A stretch of DNA of 64,000 nucleotides from Akkermansiaceae bacterium (GTDB lineage: Bacteria; Verrucomicrobiota; Verrucomicrobiia; Verrucomicrobiales; Akkermansiaceae): contig JBPOGF010000013.1 in NCBI GenBank assembly GCA_051251915.1, positions 32,001 to 96,000 of the forward strand, written 5' to 3'. The translations under genes were made by a program, and so were the position numbers. Shown here in pieces: positions 50,610 to 61,167 of this stretch. Under the pieces are notes generated by a model. That model ran no database searches and was not told where the DNA came from. It was given only the letters and a program-made list of their open reading frames with translations. Every line of letters begins with the position of its first letter. Position 1 is the stretch's first letter.

Positions 50610-51944
50610 ATGAAAACTAAATTATTAATTACAAGTATTGGTTCACTTCTCCTCATGGGGATAGCAAACGCTCAAGAAGCGGCAGTTACTGTAACGGAAG
50701 TTGCAGAACAAACAGCTAATGTGAAATTTATGATCGATAACCTCTGGATTCTAATCTCAGCGGCACTCGTCTTTATTATGCACCTTGGATTCTCCGCACT
50801 CGAATCTGGCCTCTGCCAGCAAAAGAATGTGGTCAACGTCCTCTTCAAAAACGTATTCATCATTTGTATGGGTCTCCTCACATACTACTTCATCGGATTC
50901 AACACTCACTACCCTGGTGAATTTAACGGATTCTTGAAAATAGGTGGAATGGCTGGCTATGACGCAGCTGACGCAGCCATCGCCGTTGCTAATGAAACCA
51001 AGGACTATGCTGACTACACATACTGGGCTGACTTCATCTTCCAGGCTATGTTCGCAGCTACAGCGGCTACCATCGTTTCAGGTGCAGTTGCTGAGCGTGT
51101 TAAGCTTGGTTCATTCATGATCTACGCTACCATCCTTGTAGCTATCGTTTACCCAATCGCCGGTTCATGGCACTGGGGTGGCGGATTCCTTAACCAATTG
51201 GAAATCCCTTTCTATGACTTCGCTGGTTCTACAGTAGTTCACATGTTCGGTGGATTCGCAGCACTCGCAGCTATCATCGTTCTCGGTGCTCGTAGAGGCA
51301 AATACACAGCAAATGGACTTAAGCCTATTCTTCCACACTCACTCCCACTAGCCGCTATCGGCGCATTCCTCCTCTTCTTCGGTTGGTTTGGATTCAACGG
51401 TGGTTCTGTTCTTTCTGCAGATCCAGCATCAGTATCACTAGTATTCACTACTACAGCTCTTGCTGCAGCAGGTGGTGGTCTCGGTTCCATCTTCATCTCA
51501 TGGGCAGTTCTTAAGAAGCCTGACCTTTCAATGGCTCTTAACGGCATCCTTGCAGGTCTAGTATCTATCACAGCAGGACCTGATGTAATCACAGTTCCAT
51601 GTTCTATCATCGTAGGATTCATCGGTGGTGCTCTCGTAGTATTCTCAGTGCTCTTCTTCGATAAAGTCAAAATCGACGATCCAGTAGGTGCTGTATCAGT
51701 TCACGGTATCGTAGGTATCTGGGGAACAGTTGCTCTCGCTCTTCCATTCTTCAATGGTGGTAACGACACCGTAAGCATGGGATCTCAGCTAACTGGCATC
51801 GCAGCTGTAGGTGCATTCGCATTTGTAATCTCATTCGTTCTCTGCCTTGCTCTTAAGTTCACACTCGGTATCAGAGTTGACGCAGAGGAAGAAGAAGAAG
51901 GTCTCGATGTTGCTGAACACGGTGTAGCAGCATACAACGACTAA
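50610..51944 (+). CDS. amtB: Ammonium transporter
   Basis: FQAMFA, SGAVAER, DFAGSTVVH, GWFGFNGGS and DDPVGAVSVHG twin-His motifs. Confidence 0.97.
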   Translation: MKTKLLITSIGSLLLMGIANAQEAAVTVTEVAEQTANVKFMIDNLWILISAALVFIMHLGFSALESGLCQQKNVVNVLFKNVFIICMGLLTYYFIGFNTHYPGEFNGFLKIGGMAGYDAADAAIAVANETKDYADYTYWADFIFQAMFAATAATIVSGAVAERVKLGSFMIYATILVAIVYPIAGSWHWGGGFLNQLEIPFYDFAGSTVVHMFGGFAALAAIIVLGARRGKYTANGLKPILPHSLPLAAIGAFLLFFGWFGFNGGSVLSADPASVSLVFTTTALAAAGGGLGSIFISWAVLKKPDLSMALNGILAGLVSITAGPDVITVPCSIIVGFIGGALVVFSVLFFDKVKIDDPVGAVSVHGIVGIWGTVALALPFFNGGNDTVSMGSQLTGIAAVGAFAFVISFVLCLALKFTLGIRVDAEEEEEGLDVAEHGVAAYND

Positions 51945-51967
51945 CATCTCATTTCCATGGTAGTATT

Positions 51968-51999
51968 AAAGGGGAAGCATCCGTGCTTCCCCTTTTTTT
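51968..51999. terminator. Intrinsic terminator downstream of amtB
   Basis: AAAGGGGAAGCA-TCCG-TGCTTCCCCTTTTTTT. Confidence 0.9.
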
Positions 52000-52019
52000 G
52001 TCTTAACCACCAATCCACC

Positions 52020-54866
52020 CTACTCCATAGCCCTCAAATGAGCCTTCACACAAGCCGCCAAACTCTCCACGTCATATCCCCCCTCCAACACAGAAATCAA
52101 CCTCCCTTCACAAAACTCATCAGCATACCCCCTTACTAGCTTTGTCAGCTCCCCAAATCCCTCTGGAGTAACCATTAAATCTGCCAGCGGATCACCAACC
52201 GCCGCATCGAACCCAGCCGACACAATAATCAGCTCAGGTTTAAATTTCCTCAACTGATCATATAACGGCTTCCCCCAGACCTCCAAAATCTCACAATTCC
52301 CAGCACCTGCCCTCAGCGGTATACTCAAAGTAGTTCCCCTGCCCTTGCGCGCCCCCTTTTCCTTCGCTAATCCAGTATGCGGAAAAATCCCTTCTTGATG
52401 ACTTGAGAAATAAAACACACTCCCATCCTCATAAAAAATATCCTGCGTCCCGTTCCCATGATGCGCGTCCCAGTCCAAGATCGCCACTCGCTCATAGAGG
52501 TAAGTTTTCTGAGCATACCGCGCCGCTATCGCCACATGATTAAATATACAAAAACCCATCCCCTGATCCCTATTCGCATGATGCCCCGGCGGCCTAACAG
52601 CACAAAATGCCCTACTATTCTTACCACTAGCCCCAGCCACCTGATCCACCGCATTCAGCACCGCCCCAGTTGCTGCCTGCACCACCTCATAAGAAACATC
52701 ACAAACCGCCGTATCTCCAGTCCTCAGCGTCTCCGCAAAATTCTCAATATCATACTTCGCCAAATCATGATACTCAGGACTATGCGCTAACAAAATTTCA
52801 CCAACCGTCGCATTCCGACCTTTCAAATGATCATGCCTGAAACGCGAGGACTTCAGCATATCCAGTACAGCCTGATACCTCTCCGGTGACTCCGGATGCA
52901 TACTCCCCGTATCATGCTCTAACATCTTCTCAGACCGATAAATCCCTAGCTTCAGATCCTTCTTTACCTCCACAGCAGCATCCTCAGCACCCCTATGACT
53001 CTTCCGCTGAGCCGCTATCTTCCTAGCCTTCTTCGCCACCTGCGCAGTATCCATCCAGAACTCATCACTATCATCGCCAAGATAAGACTGCTTCTCCGCC
53101 CCCATCCTAACAAACAAGCCCCCCATCGACTTATTCTCCTTCAGCACACTCGCCCAGAACTTCTTCACCCCACGATCACGAGCAATCTCCGCCATTTCTC
53201 CTAACAAATAATTTCCCATCCCCCAGCGACGAGTCCGCTCATGCACCAAAAACGAAACCTCCGCACTATCCCCCTTAGCTCCTGCCCCCTCATCTAAATA
53301 AAACCTCCCCGTAGCACGCAAAGACTCCCGATAATGATCCCTATAAAATATACCCAGCGCCAAATCTTTATCCTGTGAAATACTCGCCAAATGATAAGCA
53401 CTCATCTCATCCAGATCCGGCTTAGCATGCCCATACCTCAACCGAATCGTCTCCTGATCCTGCGAATAAAAAAACTCCTGCAACGCCCTCAAATCACTAG
53501 GCTGAATCGGCCTCACCACATACTTTATCCCCCCAAACTCCACCTTCTTAGTATCAATCTCCTCCTTCTCACTATGCACATTCTTAGGCGAAAACCCAAA
53601 CGTCTTAGGAATCCAACCCTGTCCACGAGCTCCCTCTAACAAATTCTCCCTAAACTTAGGATGCGCTATCTCCACCAGCCTCAATGCACGTTGCCTTATC
53701 GATTGCCCCACAAGATTAGCCACCCCATACTCAGTCACCACATAATGCACATCACCACGAGAAGTACAAACCCCACTCCCCTTAGTCAACCCAGTCACAA
53801 TCCTAGATTGATCCTCAGCACTATTCGTTGAAGTCATCACAATAATCGGCAACCCACCCTTACTAATCGCAGCACCACGTATAAAATCCTGCGTAGCTCC
53901 CATCCCACCATAAAAATGATGCCCCCTAGAATCTCTAACAACCTGACCTGTTAGATCCACCTCACGTGCACCATTAATCGCCACCATATTCCTCTGTCTC
54001 CCTATTCTACTTGGATCATTCGTAAACTCACTACCATACAACTCAATCTCCGAGTTCTCATTGATAAACTTATACAACTCACGAGACCCCAAACAATGCG
54101 ACGCCACAGACACCCCCTTCTGATAAGATTTCAAAGAATTATCCACCACACCCTTCTTCACCAGCTTCATCATCTCATTCGTAAAACAACCAGTATGTAT
54201 CCCCAGATGTTGATGCTTATACAACTTCGTCAGCACCGCCTGCGGACTATTCCCCATGCTCGCCTGAATCGTAGCCCCATCATCTATCAGCTGCGCCGCA
54301 TACTCCGCCGCCCGCAGATTAGCCTCATTATACACCCAGTTATCCTGAACAGCTGGAGCCGCAGACCTAGTGATCGTATAGTTAAATTTCTTCAGAGAAA
54401 TTACCGTATCACCATGAGTCCTCGGCATCTTCGTATTAATCTGAGCCACAACACACTTAGCATACTTCACCGCTGAATAAACCGCATCTGCACTCAATCC
54501 TAACGAAACCATCCCATCCTTATCCGGCGCACTCACCTGAACGATTGCCACATCTAATGGCAAAATCCCGCGCGCAAATAATCGAGGTATATCAGAACTA
54601 GGAGTTGGTGTGTAATCCGCCTGCCCAGTCTCCACCACAGCCCGCATCGAGCGCGACATAAAGAATGAATTCGTCCTAAACGCCCCCTTATATTTAGGCT
54701 CAATCCACGGAGTATCTCCCACAGTATGCACATGACAAAGCTCCACATCCTTAAAGTCATCAGCATGACTCAGTAAATCATCAATCAGCGCAAAAGGAAC
54801 ACAAGCCCCCCCACTAATAAATGCACGCCCGCCATGTGGTAAAATTTTCTGCCAAGGAATCTCCAT
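52020..54866 (-). CDS. Triple fusion: acetyl-CoA hydrolase/CoA-transferase-like domain + GNAT + histone-deacetylase-family domain
   Basis: N-terminal family I CoA-transferase fold ([41 protein letters not shown]); GNAT (RPIQPSD, AEVSFLV..R.GMG); HDAC ([39 protein letters not shown]). Confidence 0.9.
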   Translation of the reverse strand: MEIPWQKILPHGGRAFISGGACVPFALIDDLLSHADDFKDVELCHVHTVGDTPWIEPKYKGAFRTNSFFMSRSMRAVVETGQADYTPTPSSDIPRLFARGILPLDVAIVQVSAPDKDGMVSLGLSADAVYSAVKYAKCVVAQINTKMPRTHGDTVISLKKFNYTITRSAAPAVQDNWVYNEANLRAAEYAAQLIDDGATIQASMGNSPQAVLTKLYKHQHLGIHTGCFTNEMMKLVKKGVVDNSLKSYQKGVSVASHCLGSRELYKFINENSEIELYGSEFTNDPSRIGRQRNMVAINGAREVDLTGQVVRDSRGHHFYGGMGATQDFIRGAAISKGGLPIIVMTSTNSAEDQSRIVTGLTKGSGVCTSRGDVHYVVTEYGVANLVGQSIRQRALRLVEIAHPKFRENLLEGARGQGWIPKTFGFSPKNVHSEKEEIDTKKVEFGGIKYVVRPIQPSDLRALQEFFYSQDQETIRLRYGHAKPDLDEMSAYHLASISQDKDLALGIFYRDHYRESLRATGRFYLDEGAGAKGDSAEVSFLVHERTRRWGMGNYLLGEMAEIARDRGVKKFWASVLKENKSMGGLFVRMGAEKQSYLGDDSDEFWMDTAQVAKKARKIAAQRKSHRGAEDAAVEVKKDLKLGIYRSEKMLEHDTGSMHPESPERYQAVLDMLKSSRFRHDHLKGRNATVGEILLAHSPEYHDLAKYDIENFAETLRTGDTAVCDVSYEVVQAATGAVLNAVDQVAGASGKNSRAFCAVRPPGHHANRDQGMGFCIFNHVAIAARYAQKTYLYERVAILDWDAHHGNGTQDIFYEDGSVFYFSSHQEGIFPHTGLAKEKGARKGRGTTLSIPLRAGAGNCEILEVWGKPLYDQLRKFKPELIIVSAGFDAAVGDPLADLMVTPEGFGELTKLVRGYADEFCEGRLISVLEGGYDVESLAACVKAHLRAME

Positions 54867-54939
54867 GCTGTTAGACTAAACCCAACCACACTGGAGACTC
54901 AAGCAAAGAACCTCACAACCAGCGCGCCTCCCACTCAAC

Positions 54940-54972
54940 AAAAAAAGCCGACACGCATTTAACGTATCGGCT
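54940..54972 (-). terminator. Intrinsic terminator of deaD
   Basis: Minus strand AGCCGATACG...CGTGTCGGCT followed by T7. Confidence 0.75.
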
Positions 54973-55001
54973 CTATTCTAAAAAATCAGATATCTAAATT
55001 C

Positions 55002-56735
55002 CTATAAATCTCTATCTCTGTAAGTAGGGAATGTTTTCCCTCTCAACTTAGCACGCTTCAGATCCGTGCAGATACTATCCGCATCATTATCCTGCACTTG
55101 AACCAAACAATGTTTCGGGAACATACGGATTCTACCAAGTGAGCCATTCTTAATGCTACACTCAGAATAGATCATCCCAGCAATCTCACCAGGATTCACT
55201 CCCAGCTTACTACCCAGTCCGATGAACAATTGAGTCATTCCTTCCTTAAGATCAGGATCGTTCCGACGTTCACCTTCACGCTTTACGCTTCTCTCAGAGC
55301 GCTCTCTCGGTGCACCTCTTTCAGGACGATCACCTCTTTCGCGACGGTTTCCACGGTCATTTCTATCGCGTCTATCCCCACGGTCACGTCGATCATTACC
55401 TCTATCACCACCAGGTCTATCTTCCTGGATTTCCTCTCCCTCTTTACCTTCCTTATCTTTCAACTGAGCAAACAACGCTGAAGCAATATCAGTAGCTGTA
55501 TGACCATGCTCTAATAAGCGGTCGATGTAATGCTTATAATCCTTAAATCCACCTTCCTCGATTTTTTCCTTCACGGACTCAAACAAAATATCAGCACGCT
55601 TACCTTCAACATCTTCCTTAGTAGGGATGCGCTCACGGCGGATTTTCTGTCTCGTAAATCTCTCAATCCCCTGCAAACGATAAACATCTTTACCGAACAC
55701 AAAGCTCACAGCCTTACCTTCTCTTCCTGCACGACCAGTTCTTCCAATACGGTGAATGTAATCCTCAAAATCCTGTGGCAAATCATAGTTAAACACACAC
55801 TCCACATCCTCAACATCAAGACCACGAGCAGCCACATCAGTAGCAACAAGAATCTCAACAGTCCCATCACGGAAACGCTTCAACACACGCTCACGCATCT
55901 GCTGAGTCACATCACCATGAAGCCTATCCGCTGCATATCCACGTGCCAGAAGCGACTCAGTCACTTCATCTACATTGCGCTTAGTATTACAGAATACCAC
56001 AGCAAGTTTAGGAGCCATCGTATCCACCAATCGAGAAAGAACCTCAACCTTCGAACGATTTCTCACCTCATAATACATCTGGTCAATAGCCTCAACTGTC
56101 CGAGTCTTCTTCTCTACCTCAACCGTAGCCGGGTTCTTACCAAAAGTCTTAATCAATCTCTCTACATTACGATTCATCGTAGCTGAGAAGAACAACGTCT
56201 GACGCTTACCCTTGATCTGTCCTAAAATCTCCTCCATGTCCTCACGGAATCCCATGTCCAACATGCGATCTGCCTCATCAAGAATCACCAACTTCAAATC
56301 CTCTGTGCGCAAAGTCCCACGGCGTAAATGATCCATCAATCTCCCCGGTGTTCCCACCACCATCTGTGAACCACGTAGGCCCTTGATCTGGCGGTCAATA
56401 GGTGCTCCACCATACACTGGCACAGCCCTCATTGTTGGCATATTCTTCCCTAGTCGCTGCACTTCCTCACACACCTGAACACAAAGTTCACGAGTTGGAG
56501 ATAGTATCAGCACCTGAGGCTTTACAGAGTCCAGATCAATCATTTCCAGAGCAGGCAAAGTAAATGCAGCTGTCTTTCCAGATCCTGTCTCAGAGAGCCC
56601 CACAATGTCATCCCCATTGAGAATGCGCGGAATTGCGAGCGCTTGAATTTGTGATGGTTGCTCGAACCCAAGTGAGTTCACAGCATCGAGTAATGGCTTG
56701 GAGAGCCCTAGGCCCTCAAACGTAATATCAGTCAT
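55002..56735 (-). CDS. deaD: DEAD-box RNA helicase DeaD/CsdA
   Basis: [28 protein letters not shown] and a C-terminal DbpA-type RNA-binding domain. Confidence 0.92.
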   Translation of the reverse strand: MTDITFEGLGLSKPLLDAVNSLGFEQPSQIQALAIPRILNGDDIVGLSETGSGKTAAFTLPALEMIDLDSVKPQVLILSPTRELCVQVCEEVQRLGKNMPTMRAVPVYGGAPIDRQIKGLRGSQMVVGTPGRLMDHLRRGTLRTEDLKLVILDEADRMLDMGFREDMEEILGQIKGKRQTLFFSATMNRNVERLIKTFGKNPATVEVEKKTRTVEAIDQMYYEVRNRSKVEVLSRLVDTMAPKLAVVFCNTKRNVDEVTESLLARGYAADRLHGDVTQQMRERVLKRFRDGTVEILVATDVAARGLDVEDVECVFNYDLPQDFEDYIHRIGRTGRAGREGKAVSFVFGKDVYRLQGIERFTRQKIRRERIPTKEDVEGKRADILFESVKEKIEEGGFKDYKHYIDRLLEHGHTATDIASALFAQLKDKEGKEGEEIQEDRPGGDRGNDRRDRGDRRDRNDRGNRRERGDRPERGAPRERSERSVKREGERRNDPDLKEGMTQLFIGLGSKLGVNPGEIAGMIYSECSIKNGSLGRIRMFPKHCLVQVQDNDADSICTDLKRAKLRGKTFPTYRDRDL

Positions 56736-56952
56736 AATAATGTGTCGGTTAATTTCCCGTATTTTTAGTTCTTACGGGGCGCCGCACATGATCTACCTGC
56801 ATCCTCATCTATGAAGATTATAACCTATCAATTAGCGGCTCAAGAAGCTCCTCTTGAGCTTCTAACGACGCCTCCTTGCATTCTACTGGTGCAAAATGCA
56901 ACACAAAATTCGCTTTTACATACTATTTCACGCCCATCACCCTACAAAACTA

Positions 56953-58371
56953 TCATTTCCCGCCCCACTCCAACCGAGCATTCTTACTAATCTCAGCATC
57001 TAACTCTAACATCCGTTTAGTAAGTTTTTTCACAATTTCTGGATTAGCCTTAGCCACATTACTCTTCTCAGAAACATCCTTCTCCAGATCAAATAACATC
57101 ACAACAGCCTTCTTCCCTTGATTTTTCGAAATCAACTTCCACTTCCCCTTGCGAAGCCCCTCTAAGCCTCCTCTGGTCGCATAATAAAGAAACTCATCAC
57201 GTGGACTACTCGCCTTGCCATCAACCAACAATGCTGAACTTTCCAAACCATCAACTTTTCGCCCCTTAAGTAATTCACTATCAGCCAGCTTAGCAATCGT
57301 CGGCAACAAATCCATCGTAGTCATCAACTCATCACACACCGTCCCAGCAGGAATTCTCCCCGGCCCCCACATCACACAAGGCACCCTCTGGCCTCCCTCA
57401 AAAGTAGTCCCCTTACCAGCACGCAACTTCCCTGCAGATCCCGCATGATGCCTATACTGCAACCACGGCCCATTATCCGTTGTAAAGATCACATACGTAT
57501 TCTGATCCAACTTCAACTCCCTAATCGTATCCATCACACGCCCCACCTCAGCATCAATATGCTCAATCACATTAATATAAGCATTCTTAGGGTCCCCATC
57601 ATACACATCATCCGGCACATACAGCGGGATATGCGGCATCGAATGAGGAAGATACAAGAAAAACGGCTTATCCTTATTCTCAGTAATAAACCCTATCGCC
57701 TTATCAGTATAGCGTCGAGTCACAGTCCGCTGATCCACCGGCATCTCTATGATCTTCTCATTCTCCATCAACGGTGTCTTCCACTTCGTCAACGCAGACC
57801 CCTGATCCTTCCACAGCACATCCAGCCCATCACCTCTCAACTTTGGCTTCCCCTTATTATCCGGATGATTCATATCGTTAGAATAAGGAATCCCATAATA
57901 ATAATCAAACCCATGACTAGTAGGCAACGTCTCAACAGAATCCCCTAAATGCCACTTACCAATACAAGCAGTAGCATAACCCAGCCCCTTCAAATGATCA
58001 GCTATCGTATGTTCACTAGCATTCAGCCCCCTCTTACTACTTGGAAATAGCACCCCCTTATGCATCCCAACACGCTTAGGATAACTCCCAGTCATCAACG
58101 CAGCACGCGATGGAGAACAAACCGGCGACGCCACCATAAAACTCGTAAACTTCCGCCCTTCAGCGGCCATCTGATCAATATTCGGCGTCTTGATCGTCGT
58201 AGACCCAAAGCACCCCAAATCCCCATACCCCTGATCATCCGTAAAAATAATCACAAAATTAGGCTTAGCCTCAGCCGCCTGAGAAGCCAGCGCGGAACTA
58301 AGAAGAACAAACCCAGTCGAAACCAAACTAAGACATTTAAAGGAAATTTTCATTTGCAGGTAATTTTTCAT
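56953..58371 (-). CDS. Cys-type sulfatase (arylsulfatase A-like), secreted
   Basis: Signal peptide; DDQGYGD, CSPSRAAL.TG (formylglycine motif), GKWHLG, TTDNG. Confidence 0.93.
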   Translation of the reverse strand: MKNYLQMKISFKCLSLVSTGFVLLSSALASQAAEAKPNFVIIFTDDQGYGDLGCFGSTTIKTPNIDQMAAEGRKFTSFMVASPVCSPSRAALMTGSYPKRVGMHKGVLFPSSKRGLNASEHTIADHLKGLGYATACIGKWHLGDSVETLPTSHGFDYYYGIPYSNDMNHPDNKGKPKLRGDGLDVLWKDQGSALTKWKTPLMENEKIIEMPVDQRTVTRRYTDKAIGFITENKDKPFFLYLPHSMPHIPLYVPDDVYDGDPKNAYINVIEHIDAEVGRVMDTIRELKLDQNTYVIFTTDNGPWLQYRHHAGSAGKLRAGKGTTFEGGQRVPCVMWGPGRIPAGTVCDELMTTMDLLPTIAKLADSELLKGRKVDGLESSALLVDGKASSPRDEFLYYATRGGLEGLRKGKWKLISKNQGKKAVVMLFDLEKDVSEKSNVAKANPEIVKKLTKRMLELDAEISKNARLEWGGK

Positions 58372-58514
58372 AAACAGTAAAGTGCTAATCTAATACGCAC
58401 CCTACCCCCACCCCTATCAAAATAAAGACATAAATTCCACAAGGACATCCCACCCACCATAATTCCTAATTCCTAACACTTGCATCCCCACCCTTCATTT
58501 GCCAGAATCCAACC

Positions 58515-60053
58515 ATGGCTGCATCCATCGACTTACACAAAATCTCCAAATTCGCGAACCTCGCTATCCCAGCCATGGCCATCCTCTTTTTCTTCGGTGG
58601 ATATTTCGTAAGTTTCTACTTCCACTTCCTCACCGTCATCTTCCTCCTACTCACCGTAGTGAACCTCTTCTACCTCTGCATTCAGAAAAAACACACCATC
58701 CTCAGAAACTTCGGCATCCTAGGCCAAGCCCGCTACATCATAGAAAGCATCGGCCCAGAAATGCGCCAATACCTCTTCGCCAACGACACCGAAGAACGCC
58801 CATTCAACCGCATCGAACGCTCAGAAATCTACCGCAAAGCAAAAGGAATCGACTCCGCTTCATCATTCGGCTCACAACTAGAATTCGACAACTCAGAAGT
58901 CAAAATCCGCCACTCCATGTATCCGGTCGATAAAAAAGACATCAAACCATACTCTCTAACATTCGGCGAAGAACGCGGACTCACAAACACCTACACCATC
59001 ACCAAGCCCTACCTCATCAGCGCCATGAGCTTCGGAGCACTCGGCCAGAACGCCGTCCAAGCCCTCGCTCGCGGCGCTCGCCTCGCCGGCATCGGCATGA
59101 ACACCGGCGAAGGCGGCACCCCTAAATACCACATGGCAGAAGGCGGCGACCTCATCTTCCAAATGGGCACCGCCAAGTTCGGCGTCCGTAACCTCGATGG
59201 CTCACTCAGCGACGACAAACTCCGCGAACTCTGCGCCCAACCCACCATCAAAATGGTAGAAATCAAACTCTCCCAAGGCGCCAAACCAGGCAAAGGTGGA
59301 CTCCTCCCCAAAGAAAAAATCACCCAAGAAATCTCCGAACTCCGCGGCGTATCCAGAGACCACGACGTCGTCTCCCCAGCACACCACATCGAGTGCACCG
59401 ACAAAAAATCCACCATCGCCTTCATCAAACACGTCCAAGACATCTGCAACATCCCCGTCGGCATCAAGCTCTGCATCGGCAAGACCTCCGAGTTCCTAGA
59501 AATGGTCATCGAAATGAAAAAACAAAACGTCTTCCCAGACTTCATCGCCATCGACGGAGCAGAAGGAGGCACCGGCGCCGCCCCTAAAGCCTTCATGGAC
59601 GGCTACGGCATGCCCCTCATGCCAGCCCTCTACTCAGCTAATAAAATCCTCGTCCGCGAAGGAGTCAGAGACCGCCTCAAAATCATCGCATCAGGTAAAC
59701 TCATCAACTCCAGCAAACAATTCATCGCCCTAGCCCTAGGAGCCGATGCCATCTACACCGCCCGCGGATTCATGCTCTCACTAGGATGCATCCAAGCCAT
59801 GCTCTGCGGAAATAACACCTGCCCCGTAGGCATCACCACCCATGACCCCACACTCCAAAAAGGCCTCATCGTAGAAGAAAAAGCCAAACGCGTTGCCAAC
59901 TACGTCCACGCACTAGAACACGACTTCTACGAAATGCTCGCCGCATCCGGCATCCGTGACGCAAAAGACATCAGCATCGATCAACTCTACATCCCAAGCG
60001 ACACCGCCCTCGCAGACCAGATCAATGCACTCCTCCACAACCCTAACATTTAA
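58515..60053 (+). CDS. FMN-binding glutamate synthase family protein (stand-alone, N-terminal TM)
   Basis: SAMSFGAL, NTGEGG, EIKLSQGAKPG.GG, DGAEGGTGAAP and the CIQA..C....CP.GI cysteine cluster. Confidence 0.9.
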   Translation: MAASIDLHKISKFANLAIPAMAILFFFGGYFVSFYFHFLTVIFLLLTVVNLFYLCIQKKHTILRNFGILGQARYIIESIGPEMRQYLFANDTEERPFNRIERSEIYRKAKGIDSASSFGSQLEFDNSEVKIRHSMYPVDKKDIKPYSLTFGEERGLTNTYTITKPYLISAMSFGALGQNAVQALARGARLAGIGMNTGEGGTPKYHMAEGGDLIFQMGTAKFGVRNLDGSLSDDKLRELCAQPTIKMVEIKLSQGAKPGKGGLLPKEKITQEISELRGVSRDHDVVSPAHHIECTDKKSTIAFIKHVQDICNIPVGIKLCIGKTSEFLEMVIEMKKQNVFPDFIAIDGAEGGTGAAPKAFMDGYGMPLMPALYSANKILVREGVRDRLKIIASGKLINSSKQFIALALGADAIYTARGFMLSLGCIQAMLCGNNTCPVGITTHDPTLQKGLIVEEKAKRVANYVHALEHDFYEMLAASGIRDAKDISIDQLYIPSDTALADQINALLHNPNI

Positions 60054-60078
60054 CCCATCACCTTTAAACTAACTCATC

Positions 60079-60456
60079 ATGAAGCCCGCATACATCCTCA
60101 GCTGGATCCTACAACTCTGCATCATCGGCCTCATCGCCCCCGCAGCCTACTTCAAGCTCACCAGCCACCCAGAGTCCGTCGCCCTCTTCAGCCTCCTAGA
60201 AATGGAACCCACCGGTCGCTACATCATCGGCTTCCTAGAAGCCACCGCCTGCGCCCTACTCCTCACCCCAAACTCCGCCGTCCACGGAGCCATCCTCAGC
60301 CTCGGCCTCATGCTAGGCGCCGTCATCGCCCACGCCACCAAGATCGGCTTAAACGACATCTTCGCCTACTTCTCCATCACCCTAGTCATCCTCTCCTCCA
60401 CCGTCATCTTCATCCGCCGCAAACAAATCAAAAGCATAGCCAGAATGCTTGACTAA
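60079..60456 (+). CDS. DoxX family membrane protein
   Basis: FKLT..PESV.LF..L.MEP.GRY.IG..E and GA...H; four TM segments. Confidence 0.8.
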   Translation: MKPAYILSWILQLCIIGLIAPAAYFKLTSHPESVALFSLLEMEPTGRYIIGFLEATACALLLTPNSAVHGAILSLGLMLGAVIAHATKIGLNDIFAYFSITLVILSSTVIFIRRKQIKSIARMLD

Positions 60457-60465
60457 CCAAGCCAA

Positions 60466-60486
60466 ATTCACCATTCACCATTCACC
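60466..60486 (+). repeat. Heptamer tandem repeat (ATTCACC)x3 abutting the gmk ATG
   Basis: attcaccattcaccattcaccATG. Confidence 0.85.
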
Positions 60487-61095
60487 ATGACCTCATCTAC
60501 TAACCGCCTAGGAATGCTCCTCCTCGTATCCGGCCCATCCGGCTCCGGTAAGACAACCCTCTGCCGCCGCGCATCAGACGCCGGCCTCGCCAGCTACGCC
60601 ACCTCCTGCACCACCCGCCCCCCGCGCCCAGGTGAAACCCACGGAACAGACTACTTCTTCCTCACCACAGAAGACTTCAAAGAAAAGATCAGCAACCAAG
60701 AACTCCTCGAATACGCAGAAGTCCACGGCAACCACTACGGCACCCTCAAATCAGAAATCTTCACCCACATCCAAGCCGGCAAAGACGTCGTCATGGACAT
60801 CGATGTCCAAGGCGCAGACCAGATCCGCACCTGCACCGACCCACTCATCCAGCAAGCCCTCGTAGAACTCTTCGTCATGCCAGCAAGCGAAGCCGAGCTC
60901 CTCACCCGCCTAACAGGCAGAGGAACCGACAGCCAAGAAATCATCGCAACCCGCATGAAAAACTCCCTAGAAGAAATGCAACACTGGGACAAATACACCT
61001 ACTGCCTCCACTCCTCCGACCGCGAAACCGACTACCAAAAATTCCAATCTATCCTCACCTCAGAATCCCTCCGTGTCTCTCGCATCATAGAATAA
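60487..61095 (+). CDS. gmk: Guanylate kinase
   Basis: SGPSGSGKTT, TTRPPRPGE..G.DY.F, YGT, DIDVQG. Confidence 0.96.
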   Translation: MTSSTNRLGMLLLVSGPSGSGKTTLCRRASDAGLASYATSCTTRPPRPGETHGTDYFFLTTEDFKEKISNQELLEYAEVHGNHYGTLKSEIFTHIQAGKDVVMDIDVQGADQIRTCTDPLIQQALVELFVMPASEAELLTRLTGRGTDSQEIIATRMKNSLEEMQHWDKYTYCLHSSDRETDYQKFQSILTSESLRVSRIIE

Positions 61096-61117
61096 ACCTT
61101 CAACTAAAAGAAGCCCA

Positions 61118-61158
61118 ATCCTTTATCCTTTATCCTTTATCCTTTATCCTTTATCCTT
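61118..61158 (+). repeat. Heptamer tandem repeat (ATCCTTT), nearly 6 copies
   Basis: Five perfect copies plus ATCCTT, lying between convergent genes. Confidence 0.95.
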
Positions 61159-61167
61159 CCACCTTCC

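Noticed and set aside
61118..61158. Possible CRISPR array
   Set aside because: Spacerless 7-nt tandem repeat; no 23-47-nt repeats with unique spacers and no cas genes anywhere in the window.
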